A DNA stretch of 60,000 bases, taken from positions 20,586,001-20,646,000 of the forward strand of contig CM052816.1 in NCBI GenBank assembly GCA_028534125.1. The letters run 5' to 3'. Below the pieces are notes generated by a model. It was given only the letters and a program-made list of their open reading frames with translations, did no database searches and was not told the origin of the DNA. Position numbers and translations under genes: made by a program. The DNA is from Lama glama. Its lineage: Eukaryota. Positions 37,803 through 50,308 of the stretch are shown in pieces. Each line of letters opens with the position of its first letter. Positions within the stretch are counted from its first letter, which is position 1.

Positions 37803-40800
37803 TAAATGTGTTTTTAAAAAGAGAGAGAGAGAGAAAGATGGGAGCCTTAACAGCATGGCAGTAGTGCGTGTTCATTTGTGTCCTGCTCCAGAGGCCCCTG
37901 CCCTTAGGCGAAGGCCCTGGGAGAGCAGATTCCAGGGAGGCTCACTGCCTGGTGCAGAGCACGTGTCTGGCAGGAGCCAGCTCGCAAGGTGCTGCCCGGG
38001 TCTCTCACACAGGGTAGGCAGGGAGCACGTCTGCCTCTCTGGACAGAGTGTCTTGCATCAGGAGGCTGTGCTGTGTGTAGACTCTGATCAGATGGACCCC
38101 AGCACAGTGGTCTCCCGCATGCAGGTGCTCCAGCTGTGGCCTGGAGCAGTCACAGACGGCATAGCGCTCCCTGCCCGAACACCTCTGAGCAAGACGAGGA
38201 AGGCCCTATGTGGATATCAGAATGTGTCTGTGGAGTTGGTGCCAAAGGGGCTTGCAGTGTGACTCTTTTCTACGCCTATGCTGTATTGAAGTGATGGGGA
38301 CTAGGCTGTATTGCAAATAAATCATTTTTTTGTTGTTAAAAAAAAAAAGGCTCTGCACTGCGCTTGAGTGAGAAGGGCTGTGCAGGATCCCAGTAACCGG
38401 TAAGAGCCTCCAGGGCAGGGCCTGTGACTCTCGGTGTATGAATATGTTCCCAGGACCTGGCACAGGGCCTCGCACCAAGACGGTGTCAACAGCCCACAGA
38501 ATCTGATGATGTGAGAGTTAGAACGCAAAGTCCTGTGTCCATGTGGTCCTAGTGAATGGCACCTGCCATAGCCTGTAGAAATATCTGTGACCCTGAAATC
38601 AAGTGATTAAATTAGGCGTTGTGAGGTGGCAGCAGTGGCATGTGCGCAGGTGGGAGCAGGCCCACTAGCCTGTGGGGGCAGTGGTGATGCGGAGCCCACC
38701 TGGGGCTGCGTGAGCTCAGAGGCCTGCTGTGGGGCAGGGCTGGGTCGAGGGGAGGAGACGGCAGGGCGGAGCCTCGCCAAGTGCCTGCGACACTGGTGGA
38801 TAGGGCTTCTGTATTGTCACAGCTGCAGGGCCTGGGCACCCAGAGTGGGGGCCGAGTGCTCACGGGCGCCAGGATGGCATGGTGGGAGGATTCATGGTGG
38901 AGGAGCCCAGGGCCCCACCCCGCCTGCGGGTCCTGGCCTCAGGGGGCCCAGAGCCAGTGGGGCTCTGGGAAGTCCAGTTTATCCTGTGATGGGAATAGGC
39001 CTGCCGACGCCTCAGCACCATGAGCACTAAACACTCAACCAGTGGCTCCAGGTTTATTGGCTGTGTTGAATCTTATAGACAGATCTTCCATTCTCCAGCT
39101 TCCAATATCACCCAGATTGCATCTTTCTAGAGGTTTTTCTTTCTGCATCAGAGTGTGCACAGCCTCCTTCACCACCAGTTATTTAAAAAGCATTTCTCAC
39201 TTCACACGAGGGAAAATCAACCACCACAAAACTGGCTGCGGTAAGGGATGGCGGGGAGCTGGTGAGCATGGGGAGGGGGCAGGCACGCAGATTAGGTCTC
39301 CGTTCTGCCTCGTGCCGATTGAATTTATCCACCGAATCCTTCTGATTCATTGAGTTTGTCACAGGTTTTGCTAATCCTCACCCACTCGCTGTGGCAGAGC
39401 CGCTCTCTAAAAGATCCCTTGTCAGTGGAGAGTGGTACCTGCAAGCTCCAGGAGTGACCTGGGGTACGTGACTCCACCTCTCCAGGCCTCCTTGGCTGCT
39501 GGCAGTTCCCACCTGCTGCCTGGAGAAAAGTAAATGAGGTGCTGCACAGAAAGCCCTCAGCATGTGCTGGGTACATTACACGTGCCAGGTGTTTGTGACA
39601 CCTCTTGTCATCATTTATCTGGTCCACTGCGGGGAGAGGGACAAGCTGTGAGGGGAGGACAAGGGCTCTGCTCAGCAGGTCTTGGACCCGGGTGGCTTAT
39701 TGGTAGATGGAGAGTTGGGGGGCCAGTGCTGAGAGTCGAGCCCTAATGCTGTCCTGGAGGTGCCCACCTGGAGCCCGGGCTCCCCTTTCTGCAGACCTGG
39801 CCCCGTGAATCTGGACCCCATGGAGAAGCTTCACTGCCTCCTGTTCAGGGCCAGCTCCAGTCCCTGGAGGTGGGAGGGCGGGCTGGCCGTTCTGCCTCTA
39901 GCATTTCCGCAGGAAGAGCCTGGCAGACAGTGGAGGCCTGTTCACTGATTCCAGGGCCTTGGCGGGCATGGCAGGCAGGCCAGCCCTAGGAGTGTGCTTT
40001 AGGTTAGCACTTCTCCGCTTTCGCCTGAACCATGGTTCCAAAGGGGAGCAACAGGTAATGGATTGATAGAGGCCTGGGGAGAGGTGGAGGGGATTCTCGG
40101 AAGAAAGGAAGGTGGGTGTAAAGGACAACTTCTTGCAGCCTTCACCCCAAGACTGCAGCAGAGTATTTAATGCCATCTTGAGTTCCATTGATGGCAATTT
40201 GTCTTTTGTCTCAAATTTCCTGGGAGTTTTTGATCCAGGAATCTTAAAAACATCTTTCTTTCCATGCAAACAAAAATTCTGAAATTATCTATGTTTCATT
40301 CTCTTTTCCTACCAGACTTTACAAAGAGAAGTTGTGATTTCACTCTCTTGGGCTTTCTCTGCCTCCAGAATTCACTATTAGGACAATGCTTATGGGGTCA
40401 GAGCATGTGGAGCACGGGGTACATGGCGGTGGGTGCCTGGGCCAGGCCACTGCGGTTCAGAGCGTGCTCTGCCACTAGAGCCCCTGCTTCCCCATGGGGT
40501 GTGGGGGCTTCTCAGGAGCACCACCTGCGAACACATGACATGTGCCCCTCACGTCCCTCAGCAAGGGAGGAGAGGCAACATTCAGAGCCCCTTTACAAGA
40601 AAACTTCTGGCATCACATTCCAGTTGCTATGGCAATGAGATTCTATGTGAATACAGAATGAAATACAGCATCATTTAGGGATCATGAGCCTGTGAGAAAA
40701 TTAAAACTGAACTGCAGAGCGTTGCTTCAGCGAGTATTGGTGGCTCGACACCAGCTCTCCTGAAGTTCTAAGCAGGGTCTCTCTCGCTGAAAGTCAGGGA

Positions 40801-41699
40801 TGAGGGAGGTGGGAGGTCGTCTCGCTCTCTCCTTGGGGCAAAATTAGAATCACATTTGTATTCGACACCAAATACCAACACCAACTAGTGGGTGGATTTC
40901 TCTGCACCTTTAACTTCTAGAGTTTTGTGTCTTAAAAGTTATCTGTGACATGGCATTCCTATTTGTGTACTAGTTGGCACTTTTTAAATGATTTTTCTGA
41001 CTCAGTTCTGAATTCACGCTTTATCTCCTACGCTATTCGAGAAGACAAGCTCGCCTCTCAGCCATCACTCACCACGCCAGGCTTGTATTATCCCAGATGA
41101 TACAATGTCAGAGTTGGGCAGTTCTCCAAACAAACCATGAAATTATGGGAGAGAGGAGCCTGTTAGAGATTCAGTTCTAAATAGACCCTGAAGCTTCCTC
41201 ATCCTGCATGGAGTTTGTAGGTGTACTTGGGTGCTTCAGAGGGGAATTCCCAGGTTTATGAAATCAGAGAGCATAATTGCCACTTTTTATTTTAAAAATT
41301 AAACATACTCTAAGCTCAGTTGCAAACCGTTCTTTCTTAAGTATTACTAAACACAAGAATAAAAACTCAACACGTTAGCAGAGCAGCTAGATCTTGCCAA
41401 AGGCTTCTTTTCTTCTTAGTGGTGTTTAGTTGTTGTAACTTTGAATCTTGTTGCTTTAGAAACATAAATTGAGTCTCACGCCTCCAGGGTATCTCCACAC
41501 TTCAGGAAGTGTCTTCTGCCCTGCCACGGAGAGCTACTCACTTTCCCAGCTGTGTCTCAGCCCATTCCTTGCTGGAGACTCAGCTTCTCAAGGCGCGGGA
41601 GCTGCGGGTGCAGGGCCCTGGTGGGGCCGGCATCCTGGGGACTTGGTTTCACTCTGCTGGAGCCTGAGGGGGGCATCCTGGGGAGCCCCACGCTGAGGG

Positions 41700-41880
41700 A
41701 GCACGGGGCACAGGATCAAGGCACCAGGTTTAGATCGGCCATGGGGCTGTACCACGCCACCTTGGACAAGACGCATGAGCTCTCTGTGCCCCCATTTACC
41801 ACATCTGTAAAATGGGATTGATGATAGTACCTACCTTATAGAGTGTCATGAGCAAAAAGGAGCAGTGCCAGGCAACTGTG
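41700..41880 (+). mobile_element. MIR SINE
   Basis: accttggacaagacgcatgagctctctgtgccccatttaccacatctgtaaaatgggattgatgatagtacctaccttatagagtg. Confidence 0.8.
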
Positions 41881-44139
41881 AGCGCTCTTCTCTCAGAGGT
41901 ATCAGCAGCACTCAGGGTGTCGGGATGTCGTTGCAAACATCACGGCAGAGTGGAGGAGCAGACGCGGGAGGCTGTAAGACCCCTGCCCACGTGTGACAAA
42001 GCTGGACATGGGCTGAGAGGGCAGGGCTGCAGGTGCCTTATGAACAAGGGGAGAGAAGAACATTGGTCCTCCATGTTTATTTAATGAATGACTGGAGCTT
42101 GACCTCCAAGTGGTCAAACTTACATCACCTTCTCTAGCTGCCTTGCTTTTTGGAAAGAGATATAATGAGTCATCCAAGTTCACCCCCTGAGCTCACAGAG
42201 AAGGAAGAGCTCCTGATTCCAGGTCTAGAGGAAGTTTCTGGAATGCATGAGAGGCTCTGAGGAACCGTTGAGCCTGGGAGGGATGAAAAAGGGAGTGTAT
42301 AGGGAGGGAGCTGGAGAGGAGGCATTCAAGGTACATCTTGAAGGGTGGGTGCGGGCATCCTGGGGTGCAGACATGATGTGACTGCAGACTCAGGGCAGAG
42401 CAGGTGATTAAAATGCAGGCCCTGGCGGGGGACGGTGGGGGTCTGACTATGGATAGATACAGGCAAGTGGGTAAGAGTGGGGCCTGTGCGCCAACCTAGG
42501 TCATTTGAACTCAAGCTGACTGAGTGTCCAGTGAACTAGTCCAACTTTCCCGTTTCCCAGACAGGGGCCCTGCGGCCCAGAAAGGGTTAGTATCTGCCCC
42601 AAGTCACACAGGCACTGCCGCTGCAGCCCACCCTTCAAAATCACCCCCGGCTTTGGGGCCCTTTTTAGCTGGGTCCCTGCAAGGCATGTTCACAGCAGAC
42701 GCGGCTTCTTTATCCTTTCCCCCCGGGAGCCTTTGTAGAGGGAGGGCTCAGAAGCCCTGGTCAGTGGGAAAGGCCTCTGCTGCTGGGCTAGGCCTCCCTG
42801 CTGTGCAGGTCAGGAGGGAGTCCAGCTGGGAGCTTCTCCAGGATAGCGGGCTCAGTCATCCTGAACCGCAGGGTCCCCAGATGCCAGAACACCAGACCGC
42901 TTCCTCCCCTCTAAGGAAGGAGCAGAAAACTCAGGATCACCCAGAGGCTGTTGGAAGAGGCTGGACATGAAACAGCAGAGCCTCTGGGGTGTGCCCTCCT
43001 GGCTTCTTGGCACTGGCCTCCACTGTGTCTCCGGCCCTCTTCCTGTTTCCAATTTCTCCCATTTGTCCTTCCAGTCCAGACTCACCAGAGGCTGCTGCTG
43101 CTCCCCCAGCCTTCCAAAGGAATCTCTCTGTACCCTCCTGGCCTTCACTCTGAGTTCCACACAGCAGGGTAGGCCATTTTCCACCAAGCCACCCAGCTTC
43201 ACAGACATGGCTGACTGTCCACTGGGTACAAAGGCCATGCAGGAGCTGAGGATACCAGCATGATTAGGACACCAGGCCTGACCTCATGGAATTAATAGCC
43301 AAAAGGAAGGTGAAGGTCCAGTCCCCAGCACCCCAGCTCTCTGGGCCATCATGTGGGGCCAGATACATCCCCAGGCCTCAGGAACCAATGGGAATCTTCA
43401 CTAACCACCTCCTTCTTGCAGCGTCCCCCGTAGGTTCTGCCAGCATCAGTGCATCACCAACAGCACCATGTCCCTCAGGTCCCAGTCATCCCATTTATAG
43501 TATCTGCTTCCAGAATCAAGAAATATGACTGAAAACAAGCACGTGTGTTCTCCGGATATTTCCCCTAAGGTTTATGCAAGAAGGTGCCCTGGTGTGAGCT
43601 CCCTGCAAATGTGCAAGAGTGCTACCAGTGCAGCTTGTATGGTGTGCCTCACAGAACTGCTGCACTTTGGATGAATTAATTACATGCTAGTAATTAAAAA
43701 TTGCTAATAAGGTATTGAGCTGAGAACGTCTCACACTGCATTGATTTCACTTATGGAAACAAGTCGCAGCCTCCAAGGCCCCACAGTGTTGTTTCCTGGC
43801 ACCCTTCTTTCTTCTCTCCAGCCCCTCCTTCTCTGTGTGCACTGACAGCTCACACTGTCTTATCCTAAAGCCAAAAGGAGCTGGCTTCATCCCGGCATCC
43901 TTCCAGGCGCTATTTCACCTCTCCCCTTCATCCTGTCTCAGATACTCAAAGCCTTACCTGCCCTGGCTGCCTCCACTTCCCCAGTTCCCCCTCGCTCTGC
44001 CCACCAGCGTCTGCGGCTGGCTCCTGTCCCTGTTCAGATCACTGTATCCTTCTAAATGCCAAGCCCAGGAGGCACTTTCCAGGTGTGGTCTTACTGCTTC
44101 CCCCCTACGGTGGCATCCATAGGTCTTCCTGGTCCAGCC

Positions 44140-44758
44140 CCGGCCCCTCAGACTCCTCCACAGGCCCGTCCTTCCCTGGAAGCTTTTTAGGGAGGTTGGT
44201 TCTCCGGGGGCCCCTCCTCAGCCCCCTTCTCTTTCCATGCTGCCCCCTCTCACAGTTCCAGCCATGCCTCACCTGCCGTTGAGACCCAGCTGTATCTTCA
44301 TCCCAGATCTCTCCTCCACCTGTTGGTGGCAGGTCTCCAGCTGCCTGTCAGAGGCCCCTGGGCACCTCAGATCCAGCGTGTCCTACGTGAACTCTCCACC
44401 TCCCTGCCCCTCCGCCCCAGACATTCTTTCTTCCTCAGTCTCTATCTCGGTGATAACAGCAGCCCCACCCCCAAGCGACTCGGATCTTCCTTGCTTCCCC
44501 CTTGCAGCTGAAGCCCCGCACCAAAGCTGTGCCAAGTTGACTTCCTTATTATTTCTCAATTATTGATGATTATCTCTGGCCTCATTTGCCACACCCACGT
44601 CCATCCCACCAGTCTTTCACCTGGACTATGTCTGTGGTCCCTAACTGTCGTCCCAGCTCCTGGTCAGATGCTTCCTCAAACCCACCTTCCACGTGGCTTT
44701 CAGGGGTGAGCCCCCCAGGGGGTCACTCAGACCACAGGACCCTTCTGCTTGCCCCCTC
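44140..44758 (+). mobile_element. L2 LINE fragment (plus strand)
   Basis: ctcctcagcccccttctcttt...atcttcatcccagatctctcctc...tttcacctggactatg...ttccacgtggctttcagggg...tcagaccacagg. Confidence 0.65.
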
Positions 44759-45230
44759 CATCCATTCATTCAGTGAGCACACGCTTCCTGTGAGTCAGGT
44801 TTCCCTGGGCACTGGGGATGCAGCAGTGACCACACGGACAGGATTCCCGCCCTCACGGCACTTGCAGTCTTGTGGGGGAGACAGTGAGTCAGAGATGAGG
44901 TGTCTTAGGCGGTGACAAGTGCCATGGAGAAGCAGCAGCCAGGGAAAGGCACTGGTTAGCATCTAACATGAGAAGTGACTTTTGAGCAAAGGCCTAGAGG
45001 AGGCTGGGGGCTGGGGAGTGAGGCTCTTGAGTACCCGCGGGAAGAGCGCCCCAGCAGAGGGGATAGCAAGTGCAGAGCCCCTGGTGCGAGAGCTCTCCTG
45101 GTCCCTGTGGGGGCCGACACAGGGGCAGGGTTGCTGGAGCCAGACAGGGAAGGGGAGGCGGTCTGAGAGGAAGTCGGACAGGTAAGGGGACAGATCATCC
45201 AAGTAGGGCCTTGTCCACATTGAAAGCCCA
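44759..45230 (-). mobile_element. L2 LINE 3' portion (minus strand)
   Basis: catccattcattcagtgagcac...ctgggcactggggatgcagcagtgacc...gccctcacggcacttgcagtct...gagaagtgacttttgagcaaaggcctagagg...cagatcatccaagtagggcctt. Confidence 0.8.
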
Positions 45231-45504
45231 AACTTGTAGCCACTGTGTTATGTTGTCTTTCTAGTTTCCACCACGCCCACCCAGAGGTGACCTCGAGGGG
45301 ACCCCCTCCTTCACCACCTCCAGCAAGCTGTGATTGGCATGTGGGTTGGAAAAGACAGGCTGTCTAGGGGCTCGTCACCAAGCATTTCTAAGTTCACTTT
45401 CTAACTGAGATAAACCTCCCAGGCCCAGGGGATTTCCTGTGTAAGCCCCAGGCTGACCAAGCTGCCAGCAGAACTCCCGGCAAGAGCAGGGTCCTCCCTC
45501 TGTT

Positions 45505-45625
45505 ACAACTTCTTGTTAGCTTGCCTGTCTTCCCACTGCTCCAGGAGTCCTTACAAGTGGGGAAATGTGATTTATCCTTCTATCCCTAGCTCATTGGAGA
45601 TACTCCGTTCATTTCTTAGATGAAT
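45505..45625 (+). mobile_element. L2 3' end fragment
   Basis: ttgcctgtcttcccactgctccaggagtccttacaagtgggga...tatccctagc...gatgaatg. Confidence 0.5.
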
Positions 45626-48569
45626 GCACAAACTGATGATTATGGGTTAAATCGGACCCATGCAGCCCCTCAGAGGGCCCATGTGAGAAGGCGGAAGCCC
45701 TAGCCGGAGGCCCTGCATGCAGCGCAAGTCACAGGGTCCCAGCAAAGGAGGCAGTGGATTCATAGGGAGGACCCTGCTCAAAGGGGGAGGCGTATTGAGG
45801 GAGCATGAGGAAGGAGGGGAACAGGAGTAGGTGAGGGTGGGGGGACACGGAGCCTCTTGTCCCGCCCCAAGCTTCCCTGCAGGAGGCCGCCGGAGGAAGG
45901 CCCTGCGTGGAGAGAAGGGGGCCCTTGGTTCAGGCTGCTTAGCACCATTACTGGAGCCCACGGCCAACACTTGGGAGGCTTTGGGTGATGATCTGGAGTC
46001 AAATGTTTAATTACTGGAGCGAGGAGAAGTTGATTTGGGACTTCTTTAAGGTTCTCCCCCATTGCGCCTTCAATTAAGATCCAGGCCCCCGTGTACTAGC
46101 CACTAAATGACACCACATATTGAATCTCTGTGCCCAAGCAGTTTATCTAATTATCTGTGTGACAAACTCAGCAGCTGTCAGACCAGCCACAACTCAAATA
46201 TGTTGACTCTGGGTCCCTGCCTGACGTGTTTCCTGCTTACTAACAGACTGATGGAAAGGACTTTCCGGCTCTTCTGTGCATGCGGAGTCCCTTTTAGGTT
46301 CTTCTGTTCCCTGATGATGTAAGGAGTTAAAGGGGCCAGTGGCCGGGAGGACAGTGGGCATGGGAGTTGAGCGAGGGCTGCAGGTCAGCCTGTTCTTGGT
46401 TCTCTCACCTGCAGCCCCTGCATCACTCTGCCTGCTTTTCTGGCCAGGGAAGTAGTGGACCAGGTGGGGCCATCTTTTTTCTCCAAAGAGAAGGAGGCAC
46501 ACTTATCACTGCACCAAATTAACAGAAATAAATTAGGGGAGTTCGAGGGACGGGCAGACCCACAAAGTAACCCAAGGAGAGGCAGGTGACTGTTGACACC
46601 CCTGGCAGAGCAGGCTCATCAAATGCATGAATAAGGAGGTCCAGTGCTCGGCCTGTGGAAGTGAGTCCTCAGCCGAGAGAGCCAAGGAAAGCCGGGGCCC
46701 CGCGCTCTGCAGAGCCCGGGGACCCCGGAACCTCCCGTGGTCCTCTTGCAGGTGGGGCTGTGCCGGGTGCCACAGGAGAGCGGGGTCATGAGGGCAGAGC
46801 TGCACAGTGGCTCCCCAACTTGAGCACCGCGTCCCGGCAAGCCCTGCCCTGCCCTCCACCTTGCTTCTTGTGCTCATTTCTGCTTTGATGCATTCTGGTC
46901 ACTCATTAATGAAGGTCATCAGAGTGAAGCTACTTTTGAAAAGCTCTCCAAATGAAAGTAGTAAAAATCTCTTTGCTTGCAGGTAATTAAAATCACCAGA
47001 CGCAATGAACTCTGCCCACTTGTTGTCAGAAGGGGAGTGAGTTGTGCAGTTCTCTCTGTAACGAGAAGGAAGGGCTCATCCAGTGGCCTGGCAGGCATGT
47101 CTGTTTACTTGCCTTCTTTGGGGAACTGTGTTCCATGGCCTGTCCCGTAGTCCTTCCCACCCACATAGGTCAGCTGAGGTGTGGCCTGCAGGCCCGATCC
47201 CCAGTGTTTCAGCAAGTGCTTATGTGAGACCCTGCTGCCCCACTGATTCTGCCCAGCTGCGCTCTCATCCTCTCCCCATACCCCCTTCTCTCTCTCCCCT
47301 CTCCTCTCTCTCCCCTCTGCAAATGGGCTTTGCAGAGACCTTCACTTCACTTCACCCAGTCGGGCGGACCTCAAACGCACCCAGCTCTGCGTGGGCCCTC
47401 ATAGCTGAGATTTTAAACTGCGCCATCTGAGCCTGCCCTGTGGTTTTGAGAACCTCAGATCAGAGGCCATGGGAGGATGAAGGCTGTTCTGGCAGAACCT
47501 CTCCTGACAGGGCGGTGATGGGCAGGAAAGACAGAGATCTTTGCCAAACTGTAGAAGGAGGAAAACCGCAGAGTGAGGAAGACGTTTCTACGTGGGACAC
47601 CAGGGGCACCGGGGTAACAGTGGAGGTGGTGGCAGGAACGGGCAGTGACACACTGTCCCAATTATGTACAGAATAAGCTTGCAAGTTCTTTTCTCCTCCC
47701 ACGAACAAAACTCCAGATTTTCAAGGGCGTCCCTCATCTGCTTGGTCCCAAGTGCTGTTTACAGGGAAGTTATAACTCCCTTGGTGGTGACATATAATGG
47801 CAGTGACACAGAGATAGCCGTAATTCTATAGTCTGGACTGTTTTGCCAGAGCCAGGGTGAGAGTACACAGAGCCAAAGCCTATATACACCTGTTTGAACA
47901 GTAAAGAGAAGTTGGCAGTCATACAACCTGTTTTAAACCTCGGTGGCTGTCTCCATATGGACGTGGGACATGACCAGCTTGGTGAGCACGCTCTGCTCGC
48001 AGAGGAAGGGAGCCGCCCGGTCCCCTGCATCTTCCCTGCATCTCCCTCTCACCTGCGTTCCTGCCCAGCCCCACCCCAGCCCCTGCCACACTGAGCAGCA
48101 AGATCTTGCTCACATGCCAGGCTTGTCTCAGTAGATACTCTGCTTATGGTCGTAAAGGAACAAACTTTCCATTTGAATAAGTTTTGTGGCCCTCAGAGCA
48201 AACAGTTGTGGGTATCAGGAGGACCTAATGAGATTGGGGGTCTGTAGAGACGGAAGGCAGAGCCCACTGCTGGGGAATGCGGTTTCTCTCCTGTGAGAAA
48301 CACCAGCAGGAGCCCATGTGCTAACTGAGAGAAACAGTTGGCGGGAAACAAGATGCAGCCTGGACGTGCCTGTCTACAGGGCCAGGAGGAAGTAACTCCA
48401 AGCGAAGGCACTGCCGGGCTTCCCCTGGGTACAGCTCGCCAGGGACTCAGGTGGCTGCCATCACAATCATCAAAATTTGCAGCAAATTACTATGATTTCT
48501 CACTTCTCACCCTCTTGAAGAGATGGGAGACTGGATGTGCATGGAGGGGAGGGTCACAGCTACCCGGAG

Positions 48570-48780
48570 AAGCACACACTTGCTGTGTGCCGGGCCCAGA
48601 CTGAGTACTTCCTTCACTCCCTCCTCAGTCTTCCCCAGCCCTCCCCCGGGGAAGGGCTGCTATTATCCTTACTCAGCAGATGAGGAAACCGAGGCTCAGA
48701 GAGGTTCAGTGACTTGCGCAGATCACCCAGCTGGTGAGGGGGAGAGCTGCAGTTCAGATGCGCGTCTCTCTGACTTTTAT
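48570..48780 (-). mobile_element. MIR SINE
   Basis: tattatccttactcagcagatgaggaaaccgaggctcagagaggttcagtgacttgcgcagatcacccagctggt. Confidence 0.85.
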
Positions 48781-49587
48781 TTAAATGTTGCATGTTGTCC
48801 TAGCACCTACTACTCTGCCACATCTCTTATACATGTGAAAATTCTTATAATTCATGAAAGAAAACAAGCTTTGGGAATCATCAGACTTTTCAAGCTCTCA
48901 ATGATTGTTGCTCACCAACGTGGCAGATGGTACCTGCATGCACGTTCTCTTCTGAAGGAGGCGTTTTTCACACATGGAGCTGACAGTCACCTCCCTGATA
49001 GCCCCTCTTGCCTCAGCAAAGAAATGGTGATATTTTTGAAAATGTTTGTGCCTGTGTTGTCTTTGCTCCTTTTCCTATGCCTTCTGTATATGTGCTGTTT
49101 TTTATAAATAAGAAAGGAAAGAGACTTGGCAGTGAGCACCGCCCAGCTGGCCCGGGGTCAGGATTAGCTGGGGCCCGTGTGTGCTCACCTCAAAGGTGCT
49201 GGTGGACAGAGTGGGCTTGGGGCTGTGAGCCACTGACCAGGCCTGCGGCCAGCGGACTCGGCCTCCTACTTCGGCAAGAGCGGGACCCTATGGGGACTGG
49301 GAGCCTGTGGGGTGGCCCGAGATGGTGGTCCTGGAGAATGGGTTCAAAGCGGGTATGATCGGGGAAGAGGCAACATCACACAGGGTCGTAGGAGCAGCGC
49401 CAAGGTGTGCCCTGACTTCATTCCAGCTGTTGGCTCACGTTCCTGGGGCAAGTAAAGCAGTGGGTCTGTCCTCAACATTACGTGGACCAAGTTTCACTTT
49501 TAGGTTTTAGGACTGTTAGAAAAAACTGTTAGAAAAAAGTGGTCACTATATGTGGCCATGCATGGCTTGGCAAGTCTCAACAACCCA

Positions 49588-49860
49588 GCATTTCATTTAT
49601 TCCACAAGCAATGCTGAGCATCTGCTGTATACCCTGCACAGTTTAGGGGACTCAAGAGGAGTGTGATGTGGCCCTGGCTGGTGGGAAGCTCATCGCAGAG
49701 ATGCCTGTAAACCCAGGTGGGGAGCACCACAGTGGACCTCCTCCAGTCTGCTATGCAAGGAGCCAGGAGGCCTCCTGGAGGAGGTGCTGTCCTGGCTGAG
49801 TGCTGCATGATGGGTAGAACTGGGTTATCCAAAGAGGAACAAAAAAGAGGCTTTCAAATG
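49588..49860 (-). mobile_element. L2 3' fragment
   Basis: catttcatttattccacaagcaatgctgagcatctgctgtata...aggcctcctggaggaggtg...gctgagtg. Confidence 0.6.
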
Positions 49861-49900
49861 CTTTGGGGTTGGCAGAGTCAGCCCCACCCCCTGCCCCTAC

Positions 49901-50308
49901 TGGATTAGTCAGGGCTCTCCAGAGACACAAAAACAGTAGGATGTGTACAGGGAGAAAGATTTATTATAAGGAATTGGCTTGTGTGATTATGGAGGTGAAG
50001 AAGTCCCGAATCTGTAGGATGAGCCAGCTGGAGACCCAGAAGGAGCCCATGTTCCAGTCTGTGTCTGAAGGCTGTCTGCTGGAGAATTCTATCTTACTTG
50101 AGGGATAATTGGTCTTTTTGTTCTATTCAGGCCCTCAAATGATTAGATGAGGCCCACCCACATTGTGGAAGTCAGTCTGCTTACTCAGAGTCCACTGATT
50201 TAGATGTTAATCGCATTCAAAACCTTACAGAAACACCCAGAATTATGTGTGATCACCTGTCAGGGTGCTGTGGCCCAGCCACATTGACACATAAAATTTA
50301 CCACTCTC
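49901..50308 (-). mobile_element. ERVL solo LTR, MLT2C/D-like
   Basis: tggattagtcagggctctccagaga...gatttattataaggaattggct...gatgaggcccacccacattgtgga...gcccagccacattgacacataaaatt is characteristic of MLT2 LTRs. Confidence 0.9.

Noticed and set aside
48523..49107. 194-aa ORF
   Set aside because: Runs through a MIR (DEETEAQRG is the usual MIR translation); no other coding evidence.
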